From Chromatiales bacterium (GTDB lineage Bacteria; Pseudomonadota; Gammaproteobacteria; JAJPIJ01), in contig JBQTIC010000047.1 in NCBI GenBank assembly GCA_052388435.1, forward strand, positions 36,027-100,026: DNA of 64,000 bases, in the 5' to 3' direction. The position numbers were made by a program, and so were the translations under genes. Positions 53,537-62,756 of the stretch are shown here, piece after piece; position 1 is the stretch's first letter, and every line of letters begins with the position of its first letter. The notes under the pieces are model-generated. The model worked only from the letters and a program-made list of their open reading frames with translations, searched no databases and had not been told where the DNA came from.

Positions 53537-55015
53537 GTGCGCCTCTTCGAGCTCCGATCGCTGAAAGGTTTGCTTCTCGCCCACGAGCTGGCATTTCTCT
53601 TTCTGGTCATTGTCGCTGGCGCGCTCGGTGGTACCTGGGCGTATTTCTGGCAGAAGAACTCCGCTGAACTGTTCCGCCTCAATCAGCTCACCTACTCATC
53701 CTTGCAGATCCGCAGCGACCTGTTCCGGCAGATCAAGGAAGTGACCTATGCGCGGCTGACGGAGAACACCGACGCGCTCGCGCTGTACGGCGATTACTCC
53801 CGGCAAATTGACAGGCACTTCAACACGCTGCGGCAGCTCGCGGCGGCGCCGGATGAGAACGCCGCGGTGCAGGCCATGCAGCAGGCCTACCGGGTGCTGC
53901 AGTCGGACATGAACAACATCTTCTCCGATCCCTACCTCATCAGCCGCGTGGTTCCGATCCGCATACTCGACCTGCAGTACGAACAGACGCTGGTCGGCGA
54001 CTTCGAAGTGGCGCTACGGCGCTTCGAGCAGATCCTGCGCGCGAAGCAGAAGCGCCTGGACGCCACCCTGGCGACCTGGACCCGTTACGCGCCCATCCTG
54101 GTGCCACTGCCGATCCTCGTCGCCATCGCGCTGATAGTGGCAGCGCGCCGGTGGCTTCGGCGCGGTTTCGTGCAGCCGATGGCCGCCGTGATGAGCGGGG
54201 CGCGGCTCATCAGCAAGGGTGACCTGAACCATGTCATCCCGCGCGGTGGCGTGCAGGAGATGACAGACCTTGAGGAGGCCATCAACCAGATGGCGGTGGA
54301 CCTCGCCCGCTCACGCGATGCGCTGGTGGAAAGCGAGAAGAGCAGCGCCCTGGGCGCCCTGATACCTGTGGTGGCTCACAATATCCGCAATCCGCTCGCC
54401 AGCATCCGCGCCAGCGCCCAGCTTCTCGACCACGCCGATCAGCCCCAGGACATCGGCGACATCAGGAAGGCGATCATTGACACCGTGGACCGTCTAGGCC
54501 GCTGGGTCAGCGCGCTGGTGTCCTACCTGCATCCACTGAAGCCGCAGCCGGTCCGGCGCAATCTAACGGTTCTGCTCGAGGCGGCGGTCAGTCTGCTACA
54601 GGACCGCTTGGGAGAGAAGGGTGTCCGGGTTGAGCGTGGGGAGTGGGATACCTCGACGCAAGTACGGGTCGATCCCGACCTGATGGAGCAGGCCCTCTAC
54701 GCTCTGGTGTCGAACGCCATCGATGCGTCGCCGGCGGGCGGCACCGTCACGCTTGCGGCTTCGGGACGCGGCGAGGAGTTTTTGCTTAGCATCAGCGATG
54801 AAGGGCCGGGTCTGCCGTTCCAGCCGCAGCCGACTGGATTGACTCCCGGGCCGTCCACCAAGCGATTCGGCACCGGGCTCGGGATCCCGGTCGCCTTCAA
54901 GGTATGCAAGGCGCACGGCTGGAAACTTAAGTTCGAGCGGGGCGACAATTGCGGCACCAGGGTCATCATCACAGCGCCCGTGACTATCGAAGAGAAGGTT
55001 ACCGAGCATGCCTGA
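53537..55015 (+). CDS. HAMP-domain sensor histidine kinase
   Basis: TM-periplasmic helical domain-TM-HAMP, AHNIRNPL, NAIDA, DEGPG, GTGLG; start uncertain (53438-53537). Confidence 0.9.
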   Translation: MRLFELRSLKGLLLAHELAFLFLVIVAGALGGTWAYFWQKNSAELFRLNQLTYSSLQIRSDLFRQIKEVTYARLTENTDALALYGDYSRQIDRHFNTLRQLAAAPDENAAVQAMQQAYRVLQSDMNNIFSDPYLISRVVPIRILDLQYEQTLVGDFEVALRRFEQILRAKQKRLDATLATWTRYAPILVPLPILVAIALIVAARRWLRRGFVQPMAAVMSGARLISKGDLNHVIPRGGVQEMTDLEEAINQMAVDLARSRDALVESEKSSALGALIPVVAHNIRNPLASIRASAQLLDHADQPQDIGDIRKAIIDTVDRLGRWVSALVSYLHPLKPQPVRRNLTVLLEAAVSLLQDRLGEKGVRVERGEWDTSTQVRVDPDLMEQALYALVSNAIDASPAGGTVTLAASGRGEEFLLSISDEGPGLPFQPQPTGLTPGPSTKRFGTGLGIPVAFKVCKAHGWKLKFERGDNCGTRVIITAPVTIEEKVTEHA

Positions 55016-56423
55016 GAGCAACATCCTGGACGCCGCGGTCGCGATGCCACAGCGCACGCTCCTGGTTCTCATTGTTGAGGACGAAGATCTCTTCGCCAAA
55101 GCGGTCGCCAGACGCCTGGCCAAGGCCGGGTTTCAGTGCCAGACGGCGGGGACGCTCGCCAAGGCCGAGCAGTGCCTTCGCGAGCTGACGCCGGATCTCG
55201 TGCTGCTGGACATGCGGCTGCCGGACGGCTCCGGGCTGGATTTCCTTAGCCGCTTGCGCGGTGGCTCCGGCGCCGACGTTCCCGTGCTGGTGATGTCCGC
55301 GTACGGCGAGCTGGAGGACGCGGTGGCGGCAATGAAACTCGCCGCCTCCGACTACCTGAAGAAACCCATTGACCTCGACGAGCTGCTGGTCAACGTCGAG
55401 AAGGTGCTCTCCAAGGCGGAGATGGCGCGCAGCCTCGCATACTCGCGCAAGCGGGAGCGGCACGCCAAGGTGGAGGGCGTGCAATTGCTCGGCGATAGCG
55501 ACGGTGTTCGCGCCATCCGCGAGCAGGCCGAGCGCATCGGCAAGCTGGTGGCCGGTGCCGGCGTGGTGTTGCCGACGGTGCTCATCCTCGGCGAGACCGG
55601 CACCGGCAAGGATGTGACCGCCCGCCTGCTGCACGCGACGAGCGCGCGGCGCGAGCGGCCCTTCGTGCACATGGACTGCGCGGCTTTACCGAAGGATCTC
55701 ATCGAGGCGGAACTCTTCGGCCATGAGAAAGGGGCATTCACCAGCGCGCACGTCGAGCGCACCGGTCTCATCGAGGCAGCGGAGGACGGCACGCTGTTTT
55801 TAGACGAGATCGGCGAGCTGCCGCTGGAACTGCAGGCGAAGCTGCTGGCGGTGCTCGAGCGGCGGACGCTGCGGCGCGTCGGCAGCACGCAAGAACGGCC
55901 GGTGCGCTGCTGGTTCATCGCCGCCACGAACCGCGATATGGAGACGATGGTCAGGGAAGGCCGCCTGCGATCCGATCTGTACTTCCGTCTCAATGTTCTC
56001 ACGGTGCGGATGCCGGCGCTGCGCGAGCGCGGGGACGACATGGTGCTGCTGGCAAAGGAGTTCGCGCGCCAGGTAGCGGGGCGTTACGGGCAGAAAGCGC
56101 TTCAGTTCGATGACAGCGCCGTGGCGGCGATCAAGCGCTATCCCTGGCCCGGCAACGTGCGTGAACTGCGGCATGTCATCGAACGTGTCGTGCTGCTGTC
56201 GGGCGGCGGGCCGATTACAGCCGATGCGCTCATGCTGTCAGGGACCGCCGGTGCGCAAGGCGATGAGGCCGCTTCCCTCGATCGCCTCACGCTGGATCAG
56301 GCGGAGAAGCTGCTCATCGAGCGGGCGCTCAAGCGCACCGGAGACAACGTGTCGGAGGCGGCGCGACAGCTGGGCGTGACGCGGATGGTCATGCGCCACC
56401 GCATGAAGAAGTACCGGTTGTAG
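55008..56423 (+). CDS. sigma54-dependent NtrC-family response regulator
   Basis: Receiver (VEDE, LLDMRLPD, KKP), GETGTGKD, ELFGHEKGAFTSA, FLDEIGE, WPGNVREL, Fis HTH. Confidence 0.95.
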   Translation: MPESNILDAAVAMPQRTLLVLIVEDEDLFAKAVARRLAKAGFQCQTAGTLAKAEQCLRELTPDLVLLDMRLPDGSGLDFLSRLRGGSGADVPVLVMSAYGELEDAVAAMKLAASDYLKKPIDLDELLVNVEKVLSKAEMARSLAYSRKRERHAKVEGVQLLGDSDGVRAIREQAERIGKLVAGAGVVLPTVLILGETGTGKDVTARLLHATSARRERPFVHMDCAALPKDLIEAELFGHEKGAFTSAHVERTGLIEAAEDGTLFLDEIGELPLELQAKLLAVLERRTLRRVGSTQERPVRCWFIAATNRDMETMVREGRLRSDLYFRLNVLTVRMPALRERGDDMVLLAKEFARQVAGRYGQKALQFDDSAVAAIKRYPWPGNVRELRHVIERVVLLSGGGPITADALMLSGTAGAQGDEAASLDRLTLDQAEKLLIERALKRTGDNVSEAARQLGVTRMVMRHRMKKYRL

Positions 56424-56454
56424 AGCACGTCCGGCCCTACGTACGGCAGGAGAC

Positions 56455-57885
56455 TCAACCCTTGATGCAGACGAGGGGTTTGAGAGTGGCGACCTTGCGC
56501 GCGAGACCCGCCCTGTCGGCAGCCTCGACGACGGCATCGACGTCCTTGTAGGCGCCTGGCGCTTCCTCGGCAACGCCGCGGTCTGAAGGGCTGCGGATAA
56601 CGATGCCGCGCGCGGCAAGCTCGTCGATGACCTCGCGTCCCCGCCATTGTTTCAGTGCCTGCCGCCGGCTCATGGCCCTTCCCGCACCGTGACACGCCGA
56701 TGCGAGCGACAGCCGTTCGCCCTGAGCATTGCCCGCCAGGACATAAGAGGCGGTGCCCATTGAGCCGCCGATGAGTACGGGCTGCCCCGTATCGCGGAAC
56801 AGCTTTGGTAGCTCGGAGTGGCCGGGGCCGAAAGCGCGCGTGGCGCCCTTGCGATGCACATATACCTGCCTTTGACGGCCATCGATGACATGTTGCTCGA
56901 CCTTGCAGGTGTTGTGCGACACGTCGTACAGCAACGGCAGCGTTGCATGCGGGAAGAAGCCGGCGAAAACCTCGCGGGTCAGCTGGGTCAGGATCTGACG
57001 GTTGGCCATCGCGCAGTTCATCGCTGCGCGCATAGCTCCCAGATAGCGCTGCCCCAACTCGGAATTTATCGGGGCACAGGCCAGTTCGCGGTCGGGCAGC
57101 CGGATGCGGTAATGACCCGCACCCTCGACCATCTCCCGCAGGAACTCGGTGCCGATCTGGTGGCCAAGACCGCGCGAGCCGCAGTGAACGCTGACGACGA
57201 TGTTGCCTCGCTGGAGTCCAAACGCAGTCGCCGTGCGCTCGTCATGGATTGCGGCGACTTCCTGCACCTCAAGATAGTGATTGCCGGAGCCCAGCGTGCC
57301 CATCTCGTCGCGCTGGCGTTTCCTGGCCCGAGCGGACACGGCGTCCGCTCGGGCGTGGCGCATCTGCCCGCCCTCTTCGATGCGGTCGAGGTCGGCGGTG
57401 CTTCCGTAACCTTCCGTGACCGCCCAGCGGGCGCCGCCGGTCAGCATGGCGTCCATGGACGTCTCGCTCAGACGTAGCGCCCCCGTACTGCCGACGCCGA
57501 CGGGTACGCGCGCGTACAGTGCCTCGGCCAGTTGCTTCTTGACCGGCTCTATCTCTTCATGCCGCAAAGCGCCCGTCAGCGTACGCACGCCGCAGGCGAT
57601 ATCGAAGCCCACGCCGCCGGCGGAGATCACGCCGCCTTCGTCCGGGTCGAAGGCGGCCACGCCGCCTATCGGGAAGCCATAACCCCAGTGCGCGTCCGGC
57701 ATTGCATAGACGGGACCGGCAATCCCTGGCAGCTGGGTGACATTGACGGCCTGATCATGGACCTTGTCGTCCATCGCCGTGACGAGCGTCTCATCCCCAT
57801 AGATGACCACCGGCGCGCGCATGTCACCGCGCGGCTCGATACGCCAGGCGAATTCCGATAAACGCGTCAGTCGGCGGGTATCCAT
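56455..57885 (-). CDS. rtcB: RNA ligase RtcB
   Basis: MPDAHWGYGFPIG, GFDIACG, GTLGSGNHY, HCGSRGLG, HN, HRKGAT, CHGAGR, EEAPGAYK. Confidence 0.96.
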   Translation of the reverse strand: MDTRRLTRLSEFAWRIEPRGDMRAPVVIYGDETLVTAMDDKVHDQAVNVTQLPGIAGPVYAMPDAHWGYGFPIGGVAAFDPDEGGVISAGGVGFDIACGVRTLTGALRHEEIEPVKKQLAEALYARVPVGVGSTGALRLSETSMDAMLTGGARWAVTEGYGSTADLDRIEEGGQMRHARADAVSARARKRQRDEMGTLGSGNHYLEVQEVAAIHDERTATAFGLQRGNIVVSVHCGSRGLGHQIGTEFLREMVEGAGHYRIRLPDRELACAPINSELGQRYLGAMRAAMNCAMANRQILTQLTREVFAGFFPHATLPLLYDVSHNTCKVEQHVIDGRQRQVYVHRKGATRAFGPGHSELPKLFRDTGQPVLIGGSMGTASYVLAGNAQGERLSLASACHGAGRAMSRRQALKQWRGREVIDELAARGIVIRSPSDRGVAEEAPGAYKDVDAVVEAADRAGLARKVATLKPLVCIKG

Positions 57886-58001
57886 GGGCTGACAGAAATC
57901 TCTGCGGAAGGAATAGGCAGGCGGGTGACGCGGGCGATCAGTCAGGAAGATTGGCCGCGATTCTCAATGCCCAATAACCGCCTGCGATCCGAGGATGGCG
58001 C

Positions 58002-58448
58002 TCACACATCGACAACGCACTGCGCCAGCCAGGAGCCATCCTCGTTCCTGGCGACCTTGAGCTCGGAGTAGGTCGCACCTTTGACCTCCACGGCCGGCTG
58101 GTGACGCTCCCGATCGACCGGCTCGCCCCAGGCCACGGCCCGCAATGCCAAACCGCAGTTCGTGTCCGCGGCGCCACCGTCGATGCGGACATCGAAGCGC
58201 GTGAACAGCATCCTGCGCGTGGCCATTTCATAGACCAGCTTGTTGAGCCAGTCGTTGAATAGCACCTCGATATCCAACGCGCGGCACTCGATGTCAACGG
58301 CCGCCGCCGCCAACACATTTTCCGGGTCGGTCACCGCGGCGGTCAGACCCTTTGCGGCCTGCGCGAAGGCCTCCTCAACGGACGCCCCAACGCCGCGCAC
58401 GCCCAGGTCGGCGACGTGAGAAAAGTGCTCCCATCTGCCGCTCGCCAT
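58002..58448 (-). CDS. archease
   Basis: [22 protein letters not shown]-terminal VVDV; upstream of rtcB. Confidence 0.92.
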   Translation of the reverse strand: MASGRWEHFSHVADLGVRGVGASVEEAFAQAAKGLTAAVTDPENVLAAAAVDIECRALDIEVLFNDWLNKLVYEMATRRMLFTRFDVRIDGGAADTNCGLALRAVAWGEPVDRERHQPAVEVKGATYSELKVARNEDGSWLAQCVVDV

Positions 58449-58463
58449 CCCCCGCCACGCGCT

Positions 58464-58928
58464 CTAATGCTGATAGGTGCCGATGAGGAGGGCCTCGCCG
58501 ATGATGTGTCCTCGCATGGTGCGCTCGACGTCTGCCTTGGTGGGCGTGCCGAGATCAGGCAGTACAATGTCGAGCGCGTAGAGCTTGTGGAAGTAACGGT
58601 GCCGGCCGATCGGCGGGCAGGGACCGCCATAGCCGGAACGCTTCCAGTCGTTGAGTCCCTCGCGGGTTCCGGCGGGCAACGCCTTGCGCTCTACGCCCTC
58701 GGGAAGCCCTGTGGCGCCCGGCGGAAGGTTATAGAGGACCCAGTGCACCCAGGTCATCTTTGGCGCTGCGGGATCGGGCGCATCCGGGTCATCGACGATC
58801 AATGTGAGCGATTGCGTGCCGGCCGGGATCTCGGACCATTGCAGGGCGGGGGAGACGTCCTGGCCGTCACAAGTGTATTTCGCGGGGATCGAACCGTTGT
58901 GCGCAAAGGCGGGAGAGCTGATATTCAT
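58464..58928 (-). CDS. YbhB/YbcL (PEBP) family protein
   Basis: YTCDG..SP, DDPDAP, WVHWVLYN, GPCPP.G.HRY.H; RBS AGGAGG; possible upstream signal extension. Confidence 0.92.
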   Translation of the reverse strand: MNISSPAFAHNGSIPAKYTCDGQDVSPALQWSEIPAGTQSLTLIVDDPDAPDPAAPKMTWVHWVLYNLPPGATGLPEGVERKALPAGTREGLNDWKRSGYGGPCPPIGRHRYFHKLYALDIVLPDLGTPTKADVERTMRGHIIGEALLIGTYQH

Positions 58929-59117
58929 CGTGAATTCCCCTCCTGATACAGGCTGGCACGTGAGCGTGCCGCACACCAATATGGCGAGCGGCCAGCGCCG
59001 CCTGGTCAGCCACAATTTCCCAAGCTTACACATCGTTCGCCCTGGGCCCATGATCAAAACATAGCACGTTCAGTCACGTGTGCCCGTGATCGAAGCGCAA
59101 GGGTGGGGTCGGATCCA

Positions 59118-60473
59118 TTAGTGCAGCTTCAGGCGCGGCTTGATGCCGCGGGTGAGAAGATTGGCGAAGGTGGTGAGCGCGACGCGCCACCAGCCCTGTA
59201 TCGCCAGCAGGTGCATTTTGTAGAGCGACAGATAGGCCATGCGGGCGAACAAACCCTCCATGAACACGGTACCGGTCTTCCTGCCCATTAGATTGCCCAT
59301 CAGGCCGCCGATGGTACTGTGGTGACTCAAGTTTATGAGCGAGCCGAAGTCCCTGTAGATGTAAAGAGGCAGATCGGTCTCGCCGCGCACGCGTTTCTCA
59401 ACGGACTTGACCAGCATTGATGCCTGCTGGTGCGCCGCCTGGGCGCGCGGAGGAACCGTACCCTTGCCATCGGGCATGGGACAGGCGGCGCAATCGCCAA
59501 AGGCGAAGATGTTATCGTCGCGCGTCGTCTGCAGCGTCGGTCGCACCAGCAGTTGATTGGCGCCGTTGTATTCCAGGCCATCGAGGTTTCCCAGCACCTC
59601 GGGCGCCTTGATGCCTGTCGCCCAGACCTTGATCTCTGCGGGGATAAACCGTCCCGTGTTGGTGTGGAAACCTTCGGCCGTGGCCTTCTCGACCCGCTCA
59701 CCGGTGATGATGTTGATGTTGATCCGTTGCAGGACGCGCGCGGCGCGCTCGGAGATCTGGGGCGGCAGACCGGGCAGGATGCGGTCGGCACCCTCGATGA
59801 GATGGATCCTCACGTCCCGCGCCGGGTCCACCCGGTCCAGACCGAAGGCGGCAATCTGGTGCGCCGCGCTGTTCAGCTCCGCGGCGAGCTCGACACCCGT
59901 CGCTCCGGCCCCGGCGATGGCGATGTGCAACTGTCCCTCGCGCAGAGGCTCCGCCTGCACATTGGCGGCATATACCCACTTCAGCAGATCGCGGTGGAAG
60001 CGCTCGGCCTGCGTGCAGGTATCGAGGAAGGCGCAATGCTCGCGCACACCGGGCAGGCTGAAATCGTTGGTCAGACTGCCGATGCAGATGACCAGAGTGT
60101 TGTAGCTGAAGACGCGGCGCGGAATGAATTCATTGCCGTCGTCGCCGTAGGAAGGAGAAAGGGTGACAGTCCTGTTCCGGCAGTCAACGCTTTCCAGCGC
60201 CCCGAGGCGGAAGCGGAAGTAATTGTGGGCGGCGTGGTACAGATAGTTCAGTTCGTCCTCGTGGGCGTTCAGGGTGCCCGCGGCCACCTCGTGCAGCAGC
60301 GGCTTCCAGATGTGGGACAGGTGCGTGTCGACGAGCGTAATATCGGCAAGTCGGCGCCGGCCGAGACCCTGCCCCAGCCGCGTGACCAGCTCGAAACCGC
60401 CGGCTCCGCCGCCGATGACGAACACCTGATGCAGATCTGACGGCCGGATGGGTTGCTGAATCATGAGTTGCAT
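59118..60473 (-). CDS. ndh: type II NADH dehydrogenase
   Basis: GGGAGG, HIWKPLLHEVAAG, GAGATGVELAAEL, PPRAQAAHQQA, PRLKLH. Confidence 0.93.
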   Translation of the reverse strand: MQLMIQQPIRPSDLHQVFVIGGGAGGFELVTRLGQGLGRRRLADITLVDTHLSHIWKPLLHEVAAGTLNAHEDELNYLYHAAHNYFRFRLGALESVDCRNRTVTLSPSYGDDGNEFIPRRVFSYNTLVICIGSLTNDFSLPGVREHCAFLDTCTQAERFHRDLLKWVYAANVQAEPLREGQLHIAIAGAGATGVELAAELNSAAHQIAAFGLDRVDPARDVRIHLIEGADRILPGLPPQISERAARVLQRININIITGERVEKATAEGFHTNTGRFIPAEIKVWATGIKAPEVLGNLDGLEYNGANQLLVRPTLQTTRDDNIFAFGDCAACPMPDGKGTVPPRAQAAHQQASMLVKSVEKRVRGETDLPLYIYRDFGSLINLSHHSTIGGLMGNLMGRKTGTVFMEGLFARMAYLSLYKMHLLAIQGWWRVALTTFANLLTRGIKPRLKLH

Positions 60474-60550
60474 GGTGCAATCGGAAGCGGGAGGGGTAAT
60501 GATAACGGGTATTACACTGCAACCAAACAGCTTCGGAGGCCATGTTATCC

Positions 60551-60850
60551 ATGGAACACGAGACGCGTACAGAACTGGAAGCCGCCGCCTTCCGCGCCCT
60601 GCTCGAGCATTTGCGCAAGCGCACGGACGTGCAGAACATCGACCTGATGAACCTTGCAGGTTTCTGCCGCAACTGTCTCGCAAAGTGGTATCTGGCGGCC
60701 GCCGAGGAGCGCGGGGTGCCGATGGATATCGACACCGCCAAGGACAGCATCTACGGCATGCCCTACGCGGAATGGCGGGCCAAATACCAGCATGAGGCCA
60801 CGCCCGAGCAGACAGAGAAGTTTACGGAGGCGCAGGGCCACAAGCACTGA
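60551..60850 (+). CDS. DUF1244 family protein
   Basis: ELEAAAFR.L.EHL..RTDVQNIDLMNLAGFCRNCL..YGMPY. Confidence 0.88.
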   Translation: MEHETRTELEAAAFRALLEHLRKRTDVQNIDLMNLAGFCRNCLAKWYLAAAEERGVPMDIDTAKDSIYGMPYAEWRAKYQHEATPEQTEKFTEAQGHKH

Positions 60851-60883
60851 GCAAGTCGGAGAAGTCCCGATGTTTGTAACGTC

Positions 60884-61000
60884 GTCATTCCAGCGCAGCG
60901 GGTATCTCCTTCCCCACTCGTGGGGCTGGATGGGGGTTCTTCTGCACTGGATCCCAGCCCCGGCTTACTACATGCCGGGGCAGGCCCCCGCCGGGATGAC
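60884..61000. repeat. REP-like palindromic element
   Basis: GTCATTCCAGCG..CGCCGGGATGAC inverted ends with internal GCCCCGGC/GCCGGGGC hairpin, between convergent genes. Confidence 0.6.
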
Positions 61001-61069
61001 AAGGTGGGTCTGGACCGAGCCGCACCACGCCGAAGCAGTCGCGCTGCGGGCATGCGGGATAGCCGGCGC

Positions 61070-61990
61070 TCAGAACACGCGGGTGATGCTATAGCCCTGT
61101 TTTTCGAGCCGGCGCAGCATGCCGCGCTCGCCGGGCAGATGCGAGGCGCCCACAGCGACGAAGGCGCTGCCGGCCTCAAGATGTTCCTGGAGGCGCGCCG
61201 TCATCTGTTCGCTGCGCGCGTACAACATGCGTTCGCTGAGGCGTTGGGATAGGGCTTCATTGTCGTGGCCGCCCTCGTTCATCGCCAGGATGCCTGCAAG
61301 GTTCCCGTCCGCGTAGAGCGCGATGAGGTCCTCGGTCTGTTCCATGATCGTTGGGTGATTGCAGAGGGTATCCTTCAGCACCGCTAGCTGATCCTCCAGA
61401 GACATCGTCGCCTGCGCGTCGATCAGTTCATCGATCGTTTCCAACCCAAACACGGGTTGCCCCAGCTGGATCGCGGTCTCGCGCAGGACGTCTTCCATGG
61501 TCCTGCCAGCCGAGGGCTTGGGGCGGCTGACGAGATTGGTCGCCGCCCACGGTGTCAGCCGTGGCGCAAGCTCTTCCGGCACCCTGTACCATCGGCTCAG
61601 TTTCAGGTAGCGCGCGTACAAATCGCCATCGAGCCATGCCGCGAGGCTCTGCCCTTCGGGCAGATATATGCGCCGGGTGTAGGTCTGCTGCGCCTGCTCG
61701 TCGAGGAGGGTTTCCATCACCAGTCGCCGGCTCTGTCGCAGCGTGAGGTTTACCTGGGGTGGCAGCCGGCTGAGGCGGGGATAGTCCAGATGCATGGTGC
61801 CGAAAATGTGACTGGTTGGGATCCGCGCGCGCTCGATCCGAAACAGCAGTCCCTGGCCGTAGGGCGTGTTCGGTGGGCTGGCCGCTGCCGCTTTCGCAAC
61901 GGCCGCTGTCTCCCCCGGACATGAGGAATAGGCGGCGGTCCCAGGCATCCACAGTGACAGGGCCAGACTCAGGAGAAATATTTTCGGCAT
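61070..61990 (-). CDS. TraB/GumN family protein
   Basis: Signal peptide, SHIFGTMH, GLET, R..M, FVAVGASHLPG. Confidence 0.9.
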   Translation of the reverse strand: MPKIFLLSLALSLWMPGTAAYSSCPGETAAVAKAAAASPPNTPYGQGLLFRIERARIPTSHIFGTMHLDYPRLSRLPPQVNLTLRQSRRLVMETLLDEQAQQTYTRRIYLPEGQSLAAWLDGDLYARYLKLSRWYRVPEELAPRLTPWAATNLVSRPKPSAGRTMEDVLRETAIQLGQPVFGLETIDELIDAQATMSLEDQLAVLKDTLCNHPTIMEQTEDLIALYADGNLAGILAMNEGGHDNEALSQRLSERMLYARSEQMTARLQEHLEAGSAFVAVGASHLPGERGMLRRLEKQGYSITRVF

Positions 61991-62095
61991 TTCAACAAAC
62001 TATGACGGTGGGGTAATATCAGATATCAGGTTCAGAGACACCCACCTTTTGTGCCTTGGACACTGACTTTTCCACACTCGTCCACGGAAGACGCC

Positions 62096-62385
62096 ATGAA
62101 AACTAAATATGGATCTTCTGGTCCTGTTCGTGGACAGCTTCCCGTCCTGCTGGCAACCACGCCCCTCGCGGTGGCGGAGTTGTTACACGACGCGCAGCCG
62201 TTTGCGGTGTGCCTTGGCCCCGCCCTCGAACGCCAGGTCGAACGTGTCATCAAGGTTCGAGTTCAAGCGCTCTGGGATTCACAACGTCTACGAACTCAAT
62301 ATCGCCACCGGCGACCGGACGCAAATGAAGGTTGAAGGTCGGCGCCATCACCGGCGACATTGTGAGGTCGATCACGAGCGCTGGC
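62096..62385 (+). pseudogene. PepSY-domain protein remnant (three single-base indels)
   Basis: Stitched reading VCLGPALERQVERVIKV/EFKRSGIHNVYELNIATGDRTQMKVE/VGAITGDIV/EVDHE. Confidence 0.6.
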
Positions 62386-62399
62386 GAGTCGGCTTCGAA

Positions 62400-62490
62400 T
62401 GAACGACAGTGCGGGTACGCCCCGGCAATACCTCCTCCCAGTGCTGCATCAACCGCTCGTACTCCCTGTACATCCGGTCAAGCACGGAGA
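62400..62490 (-). pseudogene. sulfotransferase-domain fragment
   Basis: LDRMYREYERLMQHWEEVLPGR resembles the Y..Y.RLM.HW..VLP motif of TPR-sulfotransferases; flanks are non-homologous. Confidence 0.5.
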
Positions 62491-62756
62491 TCGTTGGAAC
62501 AATGAAAACAGGAAGCGTGAACCCTGACCCCTGACCCAGTACCTTCCCGTTGCTTGCGCCCGAAAAACTCTGCAGTGAAGGCCCGCCGCCTGGTCTCGAT
62601 ATTGGAATCCGGTCGGCGTGACCTGCTTTCCGGAGGCTTTTCACCGGCGCGTGCTTGCCTTAGTCGGCGGGGGAATAGATTGGCGAGGCATGCATCGGTT
62701 CCCAAGGCGCCCAAAGACGAGGTTAAGTGCCTCATCGTTGCACACCCGCTCACTGG

